A stretch of 64,000 bases of DNA, from NCBI GenBank assembly GCA_051362555.1, contig CM120640.1:50694788-50758787 (forward strand), written 5' to 3'. This document shows positions 1-13,416 of the stretch, one piece after another (within the stretch, counting starts at the first letter, position 1; the number at the start of each line of letters is the position of its first letter). The stretch is from Lingula anatina. Its lineage: Eukaryota; Animalia; Brachiopoda. The translations under genes were made by a program, and so were the position numbers. The notes under the pieces were generated by a model, which searched no databases, was not told the DNA's origin, and saw only the letters and a list, made by a program, of their open reading frames with translations.

Positions 1-600
1 TATAGGCTTACGATGTCTCATGTTTTACCAATACTTATATAATAGCTTCTTTTTGAGCCGGAGACACTTAAATGAAACCTCGCTGTCTTTTTGTGAAAGT
101 CTGTGAAGAGCACTCGAGGTCTCTCCTCAACCACCTCCTGTTCAGGAAAGATACAATACCTCATTTTGCTCAGTTTGTTTATCTGGTCGAAATGATGGTT
201 TCTTTTTCGTATCTGAGGCATTGGTAAATACTGACCAGTATTTGAATTTTATCTGAACGGTATAAAATAATCAAAAAAACTAAAGTTACAAATATCTCAT
301 TTATTAAGGTTGCAATACAAAGCGTACATTTTCTAATTTAGCAATATATAATGCTTTTACTTCTGGGTGATATTATTCCAGAGTCATGTAGAAGGATCAA
401 TCTGACAGACATAATAACTTAACAAGTTGAAGTCTTGTTTGTGTTTTGATATCTTTAAAATATACATGTATACAATATTGACAACTTATTGGCAATCTAT
501 CACTTCAATCGTCACGAAATATCACAGTCACATGAAAACTTAGTATAAGCATTGATATAATACACACCAATTTTCAAATAATCAAGCAATTTTTGCGACT
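1..600. repeat. Diverged extra copy of the zinc-finger gene 3' flank (homologous to ~1001-1595)
   Basis: tataggcttacga...gtgaagagcactcgagg...ggcattggtaaatactgaccag...tcaagcaa blocks are shared with 1001-1595, with many substitutions. Confidence 0.85.
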
Positions 601-1771
601 TAAATATGTGAAGCTGGAGGATTGTAAAGTCAAGGAGAAACAACCAATGCAAATGTGAATTAAGCGTTAATTTATTTAGGTTTTTTTTCTCATGCCCCCC
701 AAAAGAGTACTTTTTTTACATAACAGTACCAAGTGAAAAATTAAACATAAATTTATACTGTGATTGACAATTAAAGTGAAATAATCACCAAAGATTGAGT
801 TTATAGGACTACAGGCTTCTGTTCTCCGTTTAACTTCAACAAAACTCTTGTGAAGAAAAAAAAATATCCACCATAACAACCGTTACTTGTGCTGATGACG
901 AAGACGTTGACACGTCTGCCGATTTTTGACATTTATGTTTAAAAGATTTATTTACACAAATATACACAAATATACACAAATATAGTATAGGTCCATCCCT
1001 ATAGGCTTACGAAGTCGCATGTTATTTTAATACTTCTTAAAAGAAACCTCGCTGTCTTTCTGTGAAAGTCTGTGAAGAGCACTCGAGGTCACTCCTCAAC
1101 CACCTCCTGATCAGGAAAGATACAATACCTCATTTTGCTTAGTTCTCTTATCTGGTCGATTAAGTTTAGTGAAATGATGTTTAGTGAATTTCTTTTTGGT
1201 ATCTGAGGCATTGGTAAATACTGACCAGTATTTGAATTTTATCTGAACGGTATCAAATAATTAGAAAAAATAAAGTTACATATATTTCATTTATTAGGGT
1301 TGCGATACAAAGTGTACATTTTCTATAATTGGCAATATATAACGCTTTTACCACTGGATGATATTATTCCAGAGTCATGTAGAAGAATAAATCTGACAAG
1401 CATAATAACTTAACACGCTGAAAACGTTATTGTTTGTGTTTTGATATCTTTTAAATATACATGTATACAATATTGACAACTTATTGGCAACCTATCACTT
1501 CAACCGTCACAAAATATCACAGTCACATGAAAACTTAGTATAAACATTGATATAGTACACCCCAATTTTTAAATTATCAAGCAACTTTGGCGACTCCAGC
1601 AACAACATGAATTGGGAAATATACATGTACAATCACTTCATCTTACATGGATAATCCTCGATATAATAGGAAACGTAATAAAAAGGAAAAGTTTGCATAT
1701 TTGGTCAATATGTGACCTTTTTTTCACAGCTTTTTTTGTACATTGCTAATCAGTTAAAATTACAGTTTGCA

Positions 1772-2999
1772 TTATGAGTGGTGGCTCCTTTTGTGTCGTA
1801 ACATATTCCCAGACTGACTGAATGATTTTCCACACACATCACACGAGTAAGGTTTCTCTCCGGTGTGGATACGTTGATGTTTGTTACAGGTAGAGGCGTC
1901 AGCAAAGCGGCGGTGGCACGTGGGACACTGGTAAGGACGCTCTCCAGTGTGAAGGCGAATGTGGGTCTTCAGAGAGCACATCTGCGTAAAGCACTTGCTG
2001 CAGTGTGGACACTTAAACGGGCGATCGGTGGAAGCAGGGTGGCTACGAATGTGGTTGTTGAGATTGTTTTTACCACTGAAATGCTTTTCACTAAGGTGAC
2101 AGAAGTGTCGTTTTGCGGGTGGACAGTCTGTTGATGATGTGAAATCAGTATTGTCACGTTGACGTTTACGATTAGAAGGAGTACGGGCCACAGAGCCTTC
2201 CACTTGTGAAATGAAGTCAACTTGACGGCTGAGGACGCCATCATCGGTGTCTTCGTGGTCCAGAATGTCACAATCACTGTCAGGAGAGTTATAGCCAGAT
2301 TCCAATTCCTCCCTCAGCATTTCAACAATCAGAGACAAGTCAGTAGTTTCTCTGGCTGGAGGTAACCTGTAGATGTCAAACTCATTTGGACATTTTCGTT
2401 TGACGTTCAAAGCGTTAGCGGCGGTCTTGTTTGAACGGATTGGGTCTTGTCTACTGTCTTCATTATCCGCGTAGAAGTCAGTGTGAGGTTGGCCTGTCTC
2501 TAGGGTTGTGAAATTGGTCGTCTGGTCAGTGGAATGTTGGTCAAGTTCTCGAATGCGGCCGATGACATGCTTCAGGTCGCACGTTGACTGGTTGTAAGAC
2601 ACTTGCTGTGCAGGAACAGGAGTCAGGAGGAAGCCACTGCTGCACGATTTACCAGGTAACCTACAATAAAAGATACAAAAATATCAAATGCGCTATTCAT
2701 GAAAATAATGCATTTAAGTTATTGAAAATTTGAAATTGAAAGTAATTCGAAAGATGACGTGGTGATATTTCTGACGGGACATATCGCATAAATTAAACAC
2801 ACAAGACATTTAGAAGATTCACCAAGAATATGATCGAATTAATTTTCAAAATAAGTGGAGCCAGTTAATGTATATGCAGTGTTCCTTACCTTTCCGAGTT
2901 ATGTTGGTCGTTATCATACTGAGACTGAAGGAGATGTGGTGGCCAGGCTGCAGTGAAATGACTGGTGAAGTGATGGGAGGGGTTCATCCACATACTCAT
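1772..2999 (-). CDS. Glass-like C2H2 zinc-finger transcription factor, copy 1 (coding exons 2999-2890 and 2660-1772; 332 aa; finger 1 degenerate, CxxS)
   Basis: GT-AG splice joins MSMWMNPSHH...DQHNSER/LPGKSCSSG in frame (110+889 nt). Three intact C2H2 fingers with TGERPY/TGEKPY linkers. FADASTCNKH and FSQSGNMLRH resemble the last two Glass fingers (FSDSSTLTKH, FSQSGNLNRH). A probable non-coding exon 1 has its donor at ~3201. Confidence 0.9.
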
Positions 3000-3299
3000 G
3001 GTTATCTGAAATGGTAATATGATGTTTAAAAAAATACAAAATTACCAAATGTATCATAATTTATTTTCTTCAACTGCTCATTAAAAAAATCGTTGAAAAA
3101 GTGATTCGATGTAGTTTAAAGAGTTTGCCTCCACTATCATATATTGAGGAGAAATGGCCTAATAATATATCTTTTTACTAAAGATTACAAAACGCACATA
3201 CCTCTTGTTCAGGTTTTCTTCCGACACAGTAGATGTAGTATACTGGTTCTGGTTGCGTCTTTTGTAACGTCTGCGTTATTGCTCTTGCAAAGAAGTTTA

Positions 3300-3700
3300 T
3301 GAAAATTCTTGAAACTTTCACAGCCTTTAAAGGAATCCGTCATGCTCCCAACTTTGCGCTCTGTCCTGCAATTGGCCAGAAATTTTCAATGGTCACAGAT
3401 CAGTTAGCTTTTGATGACACCCTTAATTATCCCTTTAAGGGAAACGGAGCAACCCGTTAAGGCGTGTCCTTTGATCGATCTTTATCTTCTTTCCCATTTA
3501 CCTGTATATCTTGGTTTTGTGAAGGTGACAGCACACTTCAATGATCTAGCGCAATGATCCGAGGAGTAATTAACTGAATTATCTAAACCCGAAAGACCTT
3601 TGATTAAATGATCAGAGGAGAAGGGCACGTGTGATCAGGTCTTATCTGATTCTCACCTCAAATTAACGGACCAGTTACAGTAGGATTAGATCCCTTGAAC
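3300..3700 (-). promoter_or_regulatory. Putative proximal promoter of zinc-finger gene copy 1 (repeated at ~9114-9514 and ~15020-15420; diverged homologue ~20000-20310)
   Basis: Lies just upstream of putative exon 1. It has a TTTAAA TATA-like box at ~3325, a CCAAT box at ~3372, and CTTTGAT sites at 3469 and 3598. Short blocks are conserved in diverged copy 4 while the introns are not. Confidence 0.55.
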
Positions 3701-4161
3701 ATACATGTACTTCTTTTTTATGCTTAGCAAACGTCATTTATATTTTCTTTTTTGTGAAAGGTGCTTTACGGCTTAACTCGCAAAAATGAGTTTTCCTCGG
3801 GAAAAAAATTTTCCTACCCATATTTCATCGATCGACTCGCCACTGCACTTTGATTCGAGGTGTTAGTTATTTTCAATTAAATGATATATTTTAGGTTTGA
3901 ATTGGGAAAGTTAAAGAGCTTTTTAGGATATGAAGACACAGAAGGTTTAACTTGGGGAAATTTTCAAACGCGTACGGTATACCATTAATCAATCTAGTCT
4001 GTAAGCAAAGAATAACAAAATAATATAACTAAAGAAAGCAACAAGAGCATTTTCCTTTTTATAGAAAAAAAGAACACCGATAGATTATTTTAATATATAT
4101 ATATCAAAAGACCAAGACTCGGATAAAATCTTTCGTTACTTTTCCTATTCCAATTTGATAA

Positions 4162-4384
4162 AGCCCCCTTTACACTGGACGGCGTCCTTTCTGCGTCCAG
4201 CAGTACGGCCCCATTTGAGAGTTTAAAAATTATAATATTTTACGTGCCGACAACTGGCCGATCATTGAGCATTCATTCTGATACAAAATTAATGCTCGTG
4301 CCTCCTTATTAAGACCACAGCGATGCCAAATTTCATGGTCGCAGAGAAGACGCAGAAAGGACGCCGTCCAGTGTAAAGGGGGTA
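4162..4384. mobile_element. PIF/Harbinger-type (Tourist-like) MITE, 223 bp
   Basis: TIRs CCCCCTTTACACTGGACGGCGTCCTTTCTGCGTC and its reverse complement; TAA on both flanks (4159-4161, 4385-4387). Same TIR as the element at 42942-44101. Confidence 0.9.
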
Positions 4385-4389
4385 TAAAG

Positions 4390-5950
4390 AATTTGTCAAT
4401 ATTTCTGAAGAATCTCTTTTGAGAAAATGTGTCCACTGACAAATTAATGCCGATAAAAAATCACTTCCTTCACTGGTGGAGATAATAAAGAATTAATAGG
4501 AGTTTATCGTCCTTTGTGATATGTGTAGTAGGGCACGCGCTCATAATGACTGTATGGTAAACGTTGTAACACACCTCGCACCGTTCTTGACGTAACGGTA
4601 CAGAAATAAACTAAAAGCGTCTCAAATGTTCTAAGGAACCGTCTTTGATTAAAATTTTGATTGTTTTGTCTAATACAGTGGATCATACCTGAGAAACAAC
4701 GTACGGCTGTCAATTTTTTGTACCTGAGGCACAGAGTCTCGGTGAACTGATCAGGTGGGTGGATTCGTGTGATCAGAGGTTATCTGATAACAATCAAGAT
4801 AGCCGATCAGGCCCTTAAGCTGGAAGTAAGAGGTATTTCTCAAGTGATTACCCAGCCAAGCAATCTCTTTCTTATATAAAATGCAGAATCCTACAATATA
4901 GTAAAGAATTTAAATTAATTTGTTATGCTTAAAACTTTGAAAACAACAAGAAGAGAGCGCGAAAGAGCACAAACCTATGGATGGGAAAAAGATTATTGAC
5001 CGTTCGCCGTAAAATATTAGCTGACCAGGATTCAGTTCAAGTTGCATTTTCTCTCTCCTTGCCTCCGTGATGAATTTGTCAATTTTTCTCAATAATCATT
5101 TTGGAAAAAATGTGTCTAATAGCAAATATCATTAAACAAACATGAACACATCATTCCTTCATTGGTGGAAATAATAATAATTACAGCAATTTCTTTCTTA
5201 TATAAAATGCAGAATCCTGCAATATAGTAAAGAATTTAAATTAATATGTCATGCTTAGAAATTTAAAAACAGCAACAACAAGAGAGGATAGGAAAAAGAT
5301 TATTAACTGTTCTACGTAAAATATTAGCTGACCAGGATTCAGTTCAAGTTGCATTTTCTCTCTCCTTGCCTCCGTGATGAATTTGTCAATCTTTTTTAAG
5401 AATCATTTTGAAAAAAAATGTGTCTAATAGCAAATATTATTGAACAAACATGAACACATCACACCTTCAGTGGTGGAAATAATAAAAATTAGGTAAGAGT
5501 TTATCGTCAATTGTGACACGTGCCGGGCACGCGCTAAGGCGGTACTCATAATGTCTAATATTTTAAGAGTTACGACTGACAAGTATCGAGTAACCTCGCA
5601 CCGTTCTTGACGTAACGGAGCAGAGATAGTGCAAGTGTCTCACATTGCTGTTTTGAACCGTCTTTGATCAAACTTTTGGTTGTTTTATGAATTTCAGTGG
5701 ATCATGCCCGAGGAATAACGTACGGCTGTCATTTTTTATACCTGCTGCACAGAGGCTCTATGAAATAATCAGGTAGTCGGATTACCTGTGATCAAAAGTA
5801 ATCTGATAAAAATCTACATAGCCGATCAATCCCTTGTGCTGACAGTGAAGGCTATGTTTCAGGCTATTACTCAGACAGAAAATCCCATTCTTATATAAAA
5901 TGACAGAAACTTGAAAACGTTGAAAATCCAATTTTCTTGAAGACAAATTT
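4390..5950. repeat. Tandemly repeated ~0.7-kb non-coding spacer module (2 full + 1 partial copy; same at ~10204-11764)
   Basis: Recurring blocks: caccgttcttgacgtaacgg, accgtctttgat, tgatca..atctgataa, ttcttatataaaatg, tattagctgaccaggattc. Confidence 0.85.
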
Positions 5951-7585
5951 GTCCACGCATTCTCACTGATACTAAATTTGCATAATGCGTTTGTGAAAGT
6001 CGTTAATGACGCTAATATTAAAAACAAAAAAAAATAATAATAATAATAATATTACAGATACAGGCATTTCAGTGGAATTATTTGAATCAAGATAATCACT
6101 AAAGATGGTGAGCAACACAATGACCTTTACGTTTGAGTTTTTAGGACTACAGACTTCTGTTCTCCGTTTAACTTCAACAAAACTCTTGTGAAGAAACAAA
6201 ACTGCCAGGAAAACCGCTACATGTGCTGATGACGAAGACGTTCACATGTCGGACAATTTTTGCCATTTAATTTATGTTTAAAAGATTTATTTCTGTGATA
6301 GTACCGAATATACACAAATTTAACACAACATACACTTTTGCCCAAAATGGTTGGTACACGGATATTTTGGTATGCATATCGCCCTGTTTCTTTCATTATT
6401 ATTGTTTATATTGTTAAATATGTGAAGCTGGAGGATTGGTAAAGTCAAGGAGAAACAACCAATGCAAATGTGAAAAAAGCGTTAATTTATTTAGGTTTTT
6501 TTTCTCATGCCCCCCAAAAAAGTACTTTTTTTACATAACAGTACCAAGTGAAAAATTAAACATAAATTTATACTGTGATTGACAATTAAAGTGAAATAAT
6601 CACCAAAGATTGAGTTTATAGGACTACAGGCTTCTGTTCTCCGTTTAACTTCAACAAAACTCTTGTGAAGAAAAAAAATATCCACCATAACAACCGTTAC
6701 TTGTGCTGATGACGAAGACGTTGACACGTCTGCCGATTTTTGACATTTATGTTTAAAAGATTTATTTACACAAATATACACAAATATACACAAATATAGT
6801 ATAGGTCCATCCCTATAGGCTTACGAAGTCGCATGTTATTTTAATACTTCTTAAAAGAAACCTCGCTGTCTTTCTGTGAAAGTCTGTGAAGAGCACTCGA
6901 GGTCACTCCTCAACCACCTCCTGATCAGGAAAGATACAATACCTCATTTTGCTTAGTTCTCTTATCTGGTCGATTAAGTTTAGTGAAATGATGTTTAGTG
7001 AATTTCTTTTTGGTATCTGAGGCATTGGTAAATACTGACCAGTATTTGAATTTTATCTGAACGGTATCAAATAATTAGAAAAAATAAAGTTACATATATT
7101 TCATTTATTAGGGTTGCGATACAAAGTGTACATTTTCTATAATTGGCAATATATAACGCTTTTACCACTGGATGATATTATTCCAGAGTCATGTAGAAGA
7201 ATAAATCTGACAAGCATAATAACTTAACACGCTGAAAACGTTATTGTTTGTGTTTTGATATCTTTTAAATATACATGTATACAATATTGACAACTTATTG
7301 GCAACCTATCACTTCAACCGTCACAAAATATCACAGTCACATGAAAACTTAGTATAAACATTGATATAGTACACCCCAATTTTTAAATTATCAAGCAACT
7401 TTGGCGACTCCAGCAACAACATGAATTGGGAAATATACATGTACAATCACTTCATCTTACATGGATAATCCTCGATATAATAGGAAACGTAATAAAAAGG
7501 AAAAGTTTGCATATTTGGTCAATATGTGACCTTTTTTTCACAGCTTTATTTGTACATTGCTAATCAGTTAAAATTACAGTTTGCA

Positions 7586-8813
7586 TTATGAGTGGTGGCT
7601 CCTTATGTGTCGTAACATATTCCCAGACTGACTGAATGATTTTCCACACACATCACACGAGTAAGGTTTCTCTCCGGTGTGGATACGTTGATGTTTGTTA
7701 CAGGTAGAGGCGTCAGCAAAGCGGCGGTGGCACGTGGGACACTGGTAAGGACGCTCTCCAGTGTGAAGGCGAATGTGGGTCTTCAGAGAGCACATCTGCG
7801 TAAAGCACTTGCTGCAGTGTGGACACTTAAACGGGCGATCGGTGGAAGCAGGGTGGCTACGAATGTGGTTGTTGAGATTGTTTTTACCACTGAAATGCTT
7901 TTCACTAAGGTGACAGAAGTGTCGTTTTGCGGGTGGACAGTCTGTTGATGATGTGAAATCAGTATTGTCACGTTGACGTTTACGATTAGAAGGAGTACGG
8001 GCCACAGAGCCTTCCACTTGTGAAATGAAGTCAACTTGACGGCTGAGGACGCCATCATCGGTGTCTTCGTGGTCCAGAATGTCACAATCACTGTCAGGAG
8101 AGTTATAGCCAGATTCCAATTCCTCCCTCAGCATTTCAACAATCAGAGACAAGTCAGTAGTTTCTCTGGCTGGAGGTAACCTGTAGATGTCAAACTCATT
8201 TGGACATTTTCGTTTGACGTTCAAAGCGTTAGCGGCGGTCTTGTTTGAACGGATTGGGTCTTGTCTACTGTCTTCATTATCCGCGTAGAAGTCAGTGTGA
8301 GGTTGGCCTGTCTCTAGGGTTGTGAAATTGGTCGTCTGGTCAGTGGAATGTTGGTCAAGTTCTCGAATGCGGCCGATGACATGCTTCAGGTCGCACGTTG
8401 ACTGGTTGTAAGACACTTGCTGTGCAGGAACAGGAGTCAGGAGGAAGCCACTGCTGCACGATTTACCAGGTAACCTACAATAAAAGATACAAAAATATCA
8501 AATGCGCTATTCATGAAAATAATGCATTTAAGTTATTGAAAATTTGAAATTGAAAGTAATTCGAAAGATGACGTGGTGATATTTCTGACGGGACATATCG
8601 CATAAATTAAACACACAAGACATTTAGAAGATTCACCAAGAATATGATCGAATTAATTTTCAAAATAAGTGGAGCCAGTTAATGTATATGCAGTGTTCCT
8701 TACCTTTCCGAGTTATGTTGGTCGTTATCATACTGAGACTGAAGGAGATGTGGTGGCCAGGCTGCAGTGAAATGACTGGTGAAGTGATGGGAGGGGTTCA
8801 TCCACATACTCAT
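7586..8813 (-). CDS. Glass-like C2H2 zinc-finger transcription factor, copy 2 (coding exons 8813-8704 and 8474-7586; 332 aa)
   Basis: Same as copy 1 at +5814, except K>I in the last finger (RHIRSH). Confidence 0.9.
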
Positions 8814-9975
8814 GGTTATCTGAAATGGTAATATGATGTTTAAAAAAATACAAAATTACCAAATGTATCATAATTTATTTTCTTCAACTGCTCATTAAAA
8901 AAATCGTTGAAAAAGTGATTCGATGTAGTTTAAAGAGTTTGCCTCCACTATCATATATTGAGGAGAAATGGCCTAATAATATATCTTTTTACTAAAGATT
9001 ACAAAACGCACATACCTCTTGTTCAGGTTTTCTTCCGACACAGTAGATGTAGTATACTGGTTCTGGTTGCGTCTTTTGTAACGTCTGCGTTATTGCTCTT
9101 GCAAAGAAGTTTATGAAAATTCTTGAAACTTTCACAGCCTTTAAAGGAATCCGTCATGCTCCCAACTTTGCGCTCTGTCCTGCAATTGGCCAGAAATTTT
9201 CAATGGTCACAGATCAGTTAGCTTTTGATGACACCCTTAATTATCCCTTTAAGGGAAACGGAGCAACCCGTTAAGGCGTGTCCTTTGATCGATCTTTATC
9301 TTCTTTCCCATTTACCTGTATATCTTGGTTTTGTGAAGGTGACAGCACACTTCAATGATCTAGCGCAATGATCCGAGGAGTAATTAACTGAATTATCTAA
9401 ACCCGAAAGACCTTTGATTAAATGATCAGAGGAGAAGGGCACGTGTGATCAGGTCTTATCTGATTCTCACCTCAAATTAACGGACCAGTTACAGTAGGAT
9501 TAGATCCCTTGAACATACATGTACTTCTTTTTTATGCTTAGCAAACGTCATTTATATTTTCTTTTTTGTGAAAGGTGCTTTACGGCTTAACTCGCAAAAA
9601 TGAGTTTTCCTCGGGAAAAAAATTTTCCTACCCATATTTCATCGATCGACTCGCCACTGCACTTTGATTCGAGGTGTTAGTTATTTTCAATTAAATGATA
9701 TATTTTAGGTTTGAATTGGGAAAGTTAAAGAGCTTTTTAGGATATGAAGACACAGAAGGTTTAACTTGGGGAAATTTTCAAACGCGTACGGTATACCATT
9801 AATCAATCTAGTCTGTAAGCAAAGAATAACAAAATAATATAACTAAAGAAAGCAACAAGAGCATTTTCCTTTTTATAGAAAAAAAGAACACCGATAGATT
9901 ATTTTAATATATATATATCAAAAGACCAAGACTCGGATAAAATCTTTCGTTACTTTTCCTATTCCAATTTGATAA

Positions 9976-10198
9976 AGCCCCCTTTACACTGGACGGCGTC
10001 CTTTCTGCGTCCAGCAGTACGGCCCCATTTGAGAGTTTAAAAATTATAATATTTTACGTGCCGACAACTGGCCGATCATTGAGCATTCATTCTGATACAA
10101 AATTAATGCTCGTGCCTCCTTATTAAGACCACAGCGATGCCAAATTTCATGGTCGCAGAGAAGACGCAGAAAGGACGCCGTCCAGTGTAAAGGGGGTA
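9976..10198. mobile_element. PIF/Harbinger-type MITE, co-duplicated copy of 4162-4384
   Basis: Same TIRs, TAA TSD and flanks at +5814. Confidence 0.9.
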
Positions 10199-13100
10199 TA
10201 AAGAATTTGTCAATATTTCTGAAGAATCTCTTTTGAGAAAATGTGTCCACTGACAAATTAATGCCGATAAAAAATCACTTCCTTCACTGGTGGAGATAAT
10301 AAAGAATTAATAGGAGTTTATCGTCCTTTGTGATATGTGTAGTAGGGCACGCGCTCATAATGACTGTATGGTAAACGTTGTAACACACCTCGCACCGTTC
10401 TTGACGTAACGGTACAGAAATAAACTAAAAGCGTCTCAAATGTTCTAAGGAACCGTCTTTGATTAAAATTTTGATTGTTTTGTCTAATACAGTGGATCAT
10501 ACCTGAGAAACAACGTACGGCTGTCAATTTTTTGTACCTGAGGCACAGAGTCTCGGTGAACTGATCAGGTGGGTGGATTCGTGTGATCAGAGGTTATCTG
10601 ATAACAATCAAGATAGCCGATCAGGCCCTTAAGCTGGAAGTAAGAGGTATTTCTCAAGTGATTACCCAGCCAAGCAATCTCTTTCTTATATAAAATGCAG
10701 AATCCTACAATATAGTAAAGAATTTAAATTAATTTGTTATGCTTAAAACTTTGAAAACAACAAGAAGAGAGCGCGAAAGAGCACAAACCTATGGATGGGA
10801 AAAAGATTATTGACCGTTCGCCGTTAAATATTAGCTGACCAGGATTCAGTTCAAGTTGCATTTTCTCTCTCCTTGCCTCCGTGATGAATTTGTCAATTTT
10901 TCTCAATAATCATTTTGGAAAAAATGTGTCTAATAGCAAATATCATTAAACAAACATGAACACATCATTCCTTCATTGGTGGAAATAATAATAATTACAG
11001 CAATTTCTTTCTTATATAAAATGCAGAATCCTGCAATATAGTAAAGAATTTAAATTAATATGTCATGCTTAGAAATTTAAAAACAGCAACAACAAGAGAG
11101 GATAGGAAAAAGATTATTAACTGTTCTACGTAAAATATTAGCTGACCAGGATTCAGTTCAAGTTGCATTTTCTCTCTCCTTGCCTCCGTGATGAATTTGT
11201 CAATCTTTTTTAAGAATCATTTTGAAAAAAAATGTGTCTAATAGCAAATATTATTGAACAAACATGAACACATCACACCTTCAGTGGTGGAAATAATAAA
11301 AATTAGGTAAGAGTTTATCGTCAATTGTGACACGTGCCGGGCACGCGCTAAGGCGGTACTCATAATGTCTAATATTTTAAGAGTTACGACTGACAAGTAT
11401 CGAGTAACCTCGCACCGTTCTTGACGTAACGGAGCAGAGATAGTGCAAGTGTCTCACATTGCTGTTTTGAACCGTCTTTGATCAAACTTTTGGTTGTTTT
11501 ATGAATTTCAGTGGATCATGCCCGAGGAATAACGTACGGCTGTCATTTTTTATACCTGCTGCACAGAGGCTCTATGAAATAATCAGGTAGTCGGATTACC
11601 TGTGATCAAAAGTAATCTGATAAAAATCTACATAGCCGATCAATCCCTTGTGCTGACAGTGAAGGCTATGTTTCAGGCTATTACTCAGACAGAAAATCCC
11701 ATTCTTATATAAAATGACAGAAACTTGAAAACGTTGAAAATCCAATTTTCTTGAAGACAAATTTGTCCACGCATTCTCACTGATACTAAATTTGCATAAT
11801 GCGTTTGTGAAGGTCGTTAATGACGCTAATATTAAAAACAAAAATAATAATAATAATAATATTACAGATACAGGCATTTCAGTGGAATTATTTGAATCAA
11901 GATAATCAGTAAAGATGGTGAGCAACACAATGACCTTTACGTTTGAGTTTTTAGGACTACAGACTTCTGTTCTCCGTTTAACTTCAACAAAACTCTTGTG
12001 AAGAAACAAAACTGCCAGGAAAACCGCTACATGTGCTGATGACGAAGACGTTCACATGTCGGACAATTTTTGCCATTTAATTTATGTTTAAAAGATTTAT
12101 TTCTGTGATAGTACCGAATATACACAAATTTAACACAACATACACTTTTGCCCAAAATGGTTGGTACACGGATATTTTGGTATGCATATCGCCCTGTTTC
12201 TTTCATTATTATTGTTTATATTGTTAAATATGTGAAGCTGGAGGAATGGTAAAGTCAAGGAGAAACAACCAATGCAAATGTGAAAAAAGCGTTAATTTAT
12301 TTAGGTTTTTTTTTCTCATGCCCCCCAAAAGAGAACTTTTTTTACATAACAGTACCAAGTGAAAAATTAAACATAAATTTATACTGTGATTGACAATTAA
12401 AGTGAAATAATCACCAAAGATTGAGTTTATAGGACTACAGGCTTCTGTTCTCCGTTTAACTTCAACAAAACTCTTGTGAAGAAAAAAAATATCCACCAGA
12501 ACAACCGTTACTTGTGCTGATGACGAAGACGTTGACACGTCTGCCGATTTTTGACATTTATGTTTAAAAGATTTATTTACACAAATATACACAAATATAA
12601 CACATAATATATAAGTATGAATATATTAGTATAGGTCCATCCCTATAGGCTTACGAAGTCGCATGTTATTTTAATACTTCTTAAAAGAAACTTCGCTGTC
12701 TTTCTGTGAAAGTCTGTGAAGAGCACTCGAGGTCACTCCTCAACCACCTCCTGATCAGGAAAGATACAATACCTCATTTTGCTTAGTTCTCTTATCTGGA
12801 CGATTAAGTTTAGTGAAATGATGTTTAGTGAATTTCTTTTTGGTATCTGAGGCATTGGTAAATACTGACCAGTATTTGAATTTTATCTGAACGGTATCAA
12901 ATAATTAGAAAAAATAAAGTTACATATATTTCATTTATTAGGGTTGCGATACAAAGTGTACATTTTCTATAATTGGCAATATATAACGCTTTTACCACTG
13001 GATGATATTATTCCAGAGTCATGTAGAAGAATAAATCTGACAAGCATAATAACTTAACACGCTGAAAACGTTATTGTTTGTGTTTTGATATCTTTTAAAT

Positions 13101-13416
13101 ATACATGTATACAATATTGACAACTTATTGGCAATCTATCACTTCAACCGTCACAATCAAATATCACAGTCACATGAAAACTTAGTATAAACATTGATAT
13201 AATACACCCCAATTTTTAAATTATCAAGCAACTTTGGCGACTCCAGCAACAACATGAATTGGGAAATATACATGTACAATCACTTCATCTTACATGGATA
13301 ATCCTCGATATAATGGGAAACGTAATAAAAGGAAAAGTTTGCATATTTGGTCAATATGTGAGCTTTTTTCACAGCTTTATTTGTACATTGCTAATCAGTT
13401 AAAATTACAGTTTGCA

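Noticed and set aside
18-221. 67-aa ORF in the duplicated 3' flank, and spacer ORFs at 676, 5782, 5972, 6491, 11596, 12224
   Set aside because: Homologous copies contain stops or frameshifts, and there is no recognisable domain.
1865-2277. Overlapping ORFs 1865-2134(+) and 1969-2277(-), and their copies at 7679, 7783, 13510, 13614, 18133, 18344
   Set aside because: Antisense or alternative-frame shadows of the zinc-finger exon; they recur only because the gene is duplicated.
4580-4620. CCGTT-loop-AACGG hairpin followed by CTAA as a Helitron 3' end
   Set aside because: The CTRR is absent in other module copies, and homology continues past the site.
4925-5000. Short plus-strand ORFs after the module TATA-like box (MLKTLKTTRR..., MLRNLKTATT..., MFRDLKTKTK...) as a micropeptide family
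   Set aside because: The ATG position recurs, but indels shift the frame and stop position between copies, so no coding constraint is visible.
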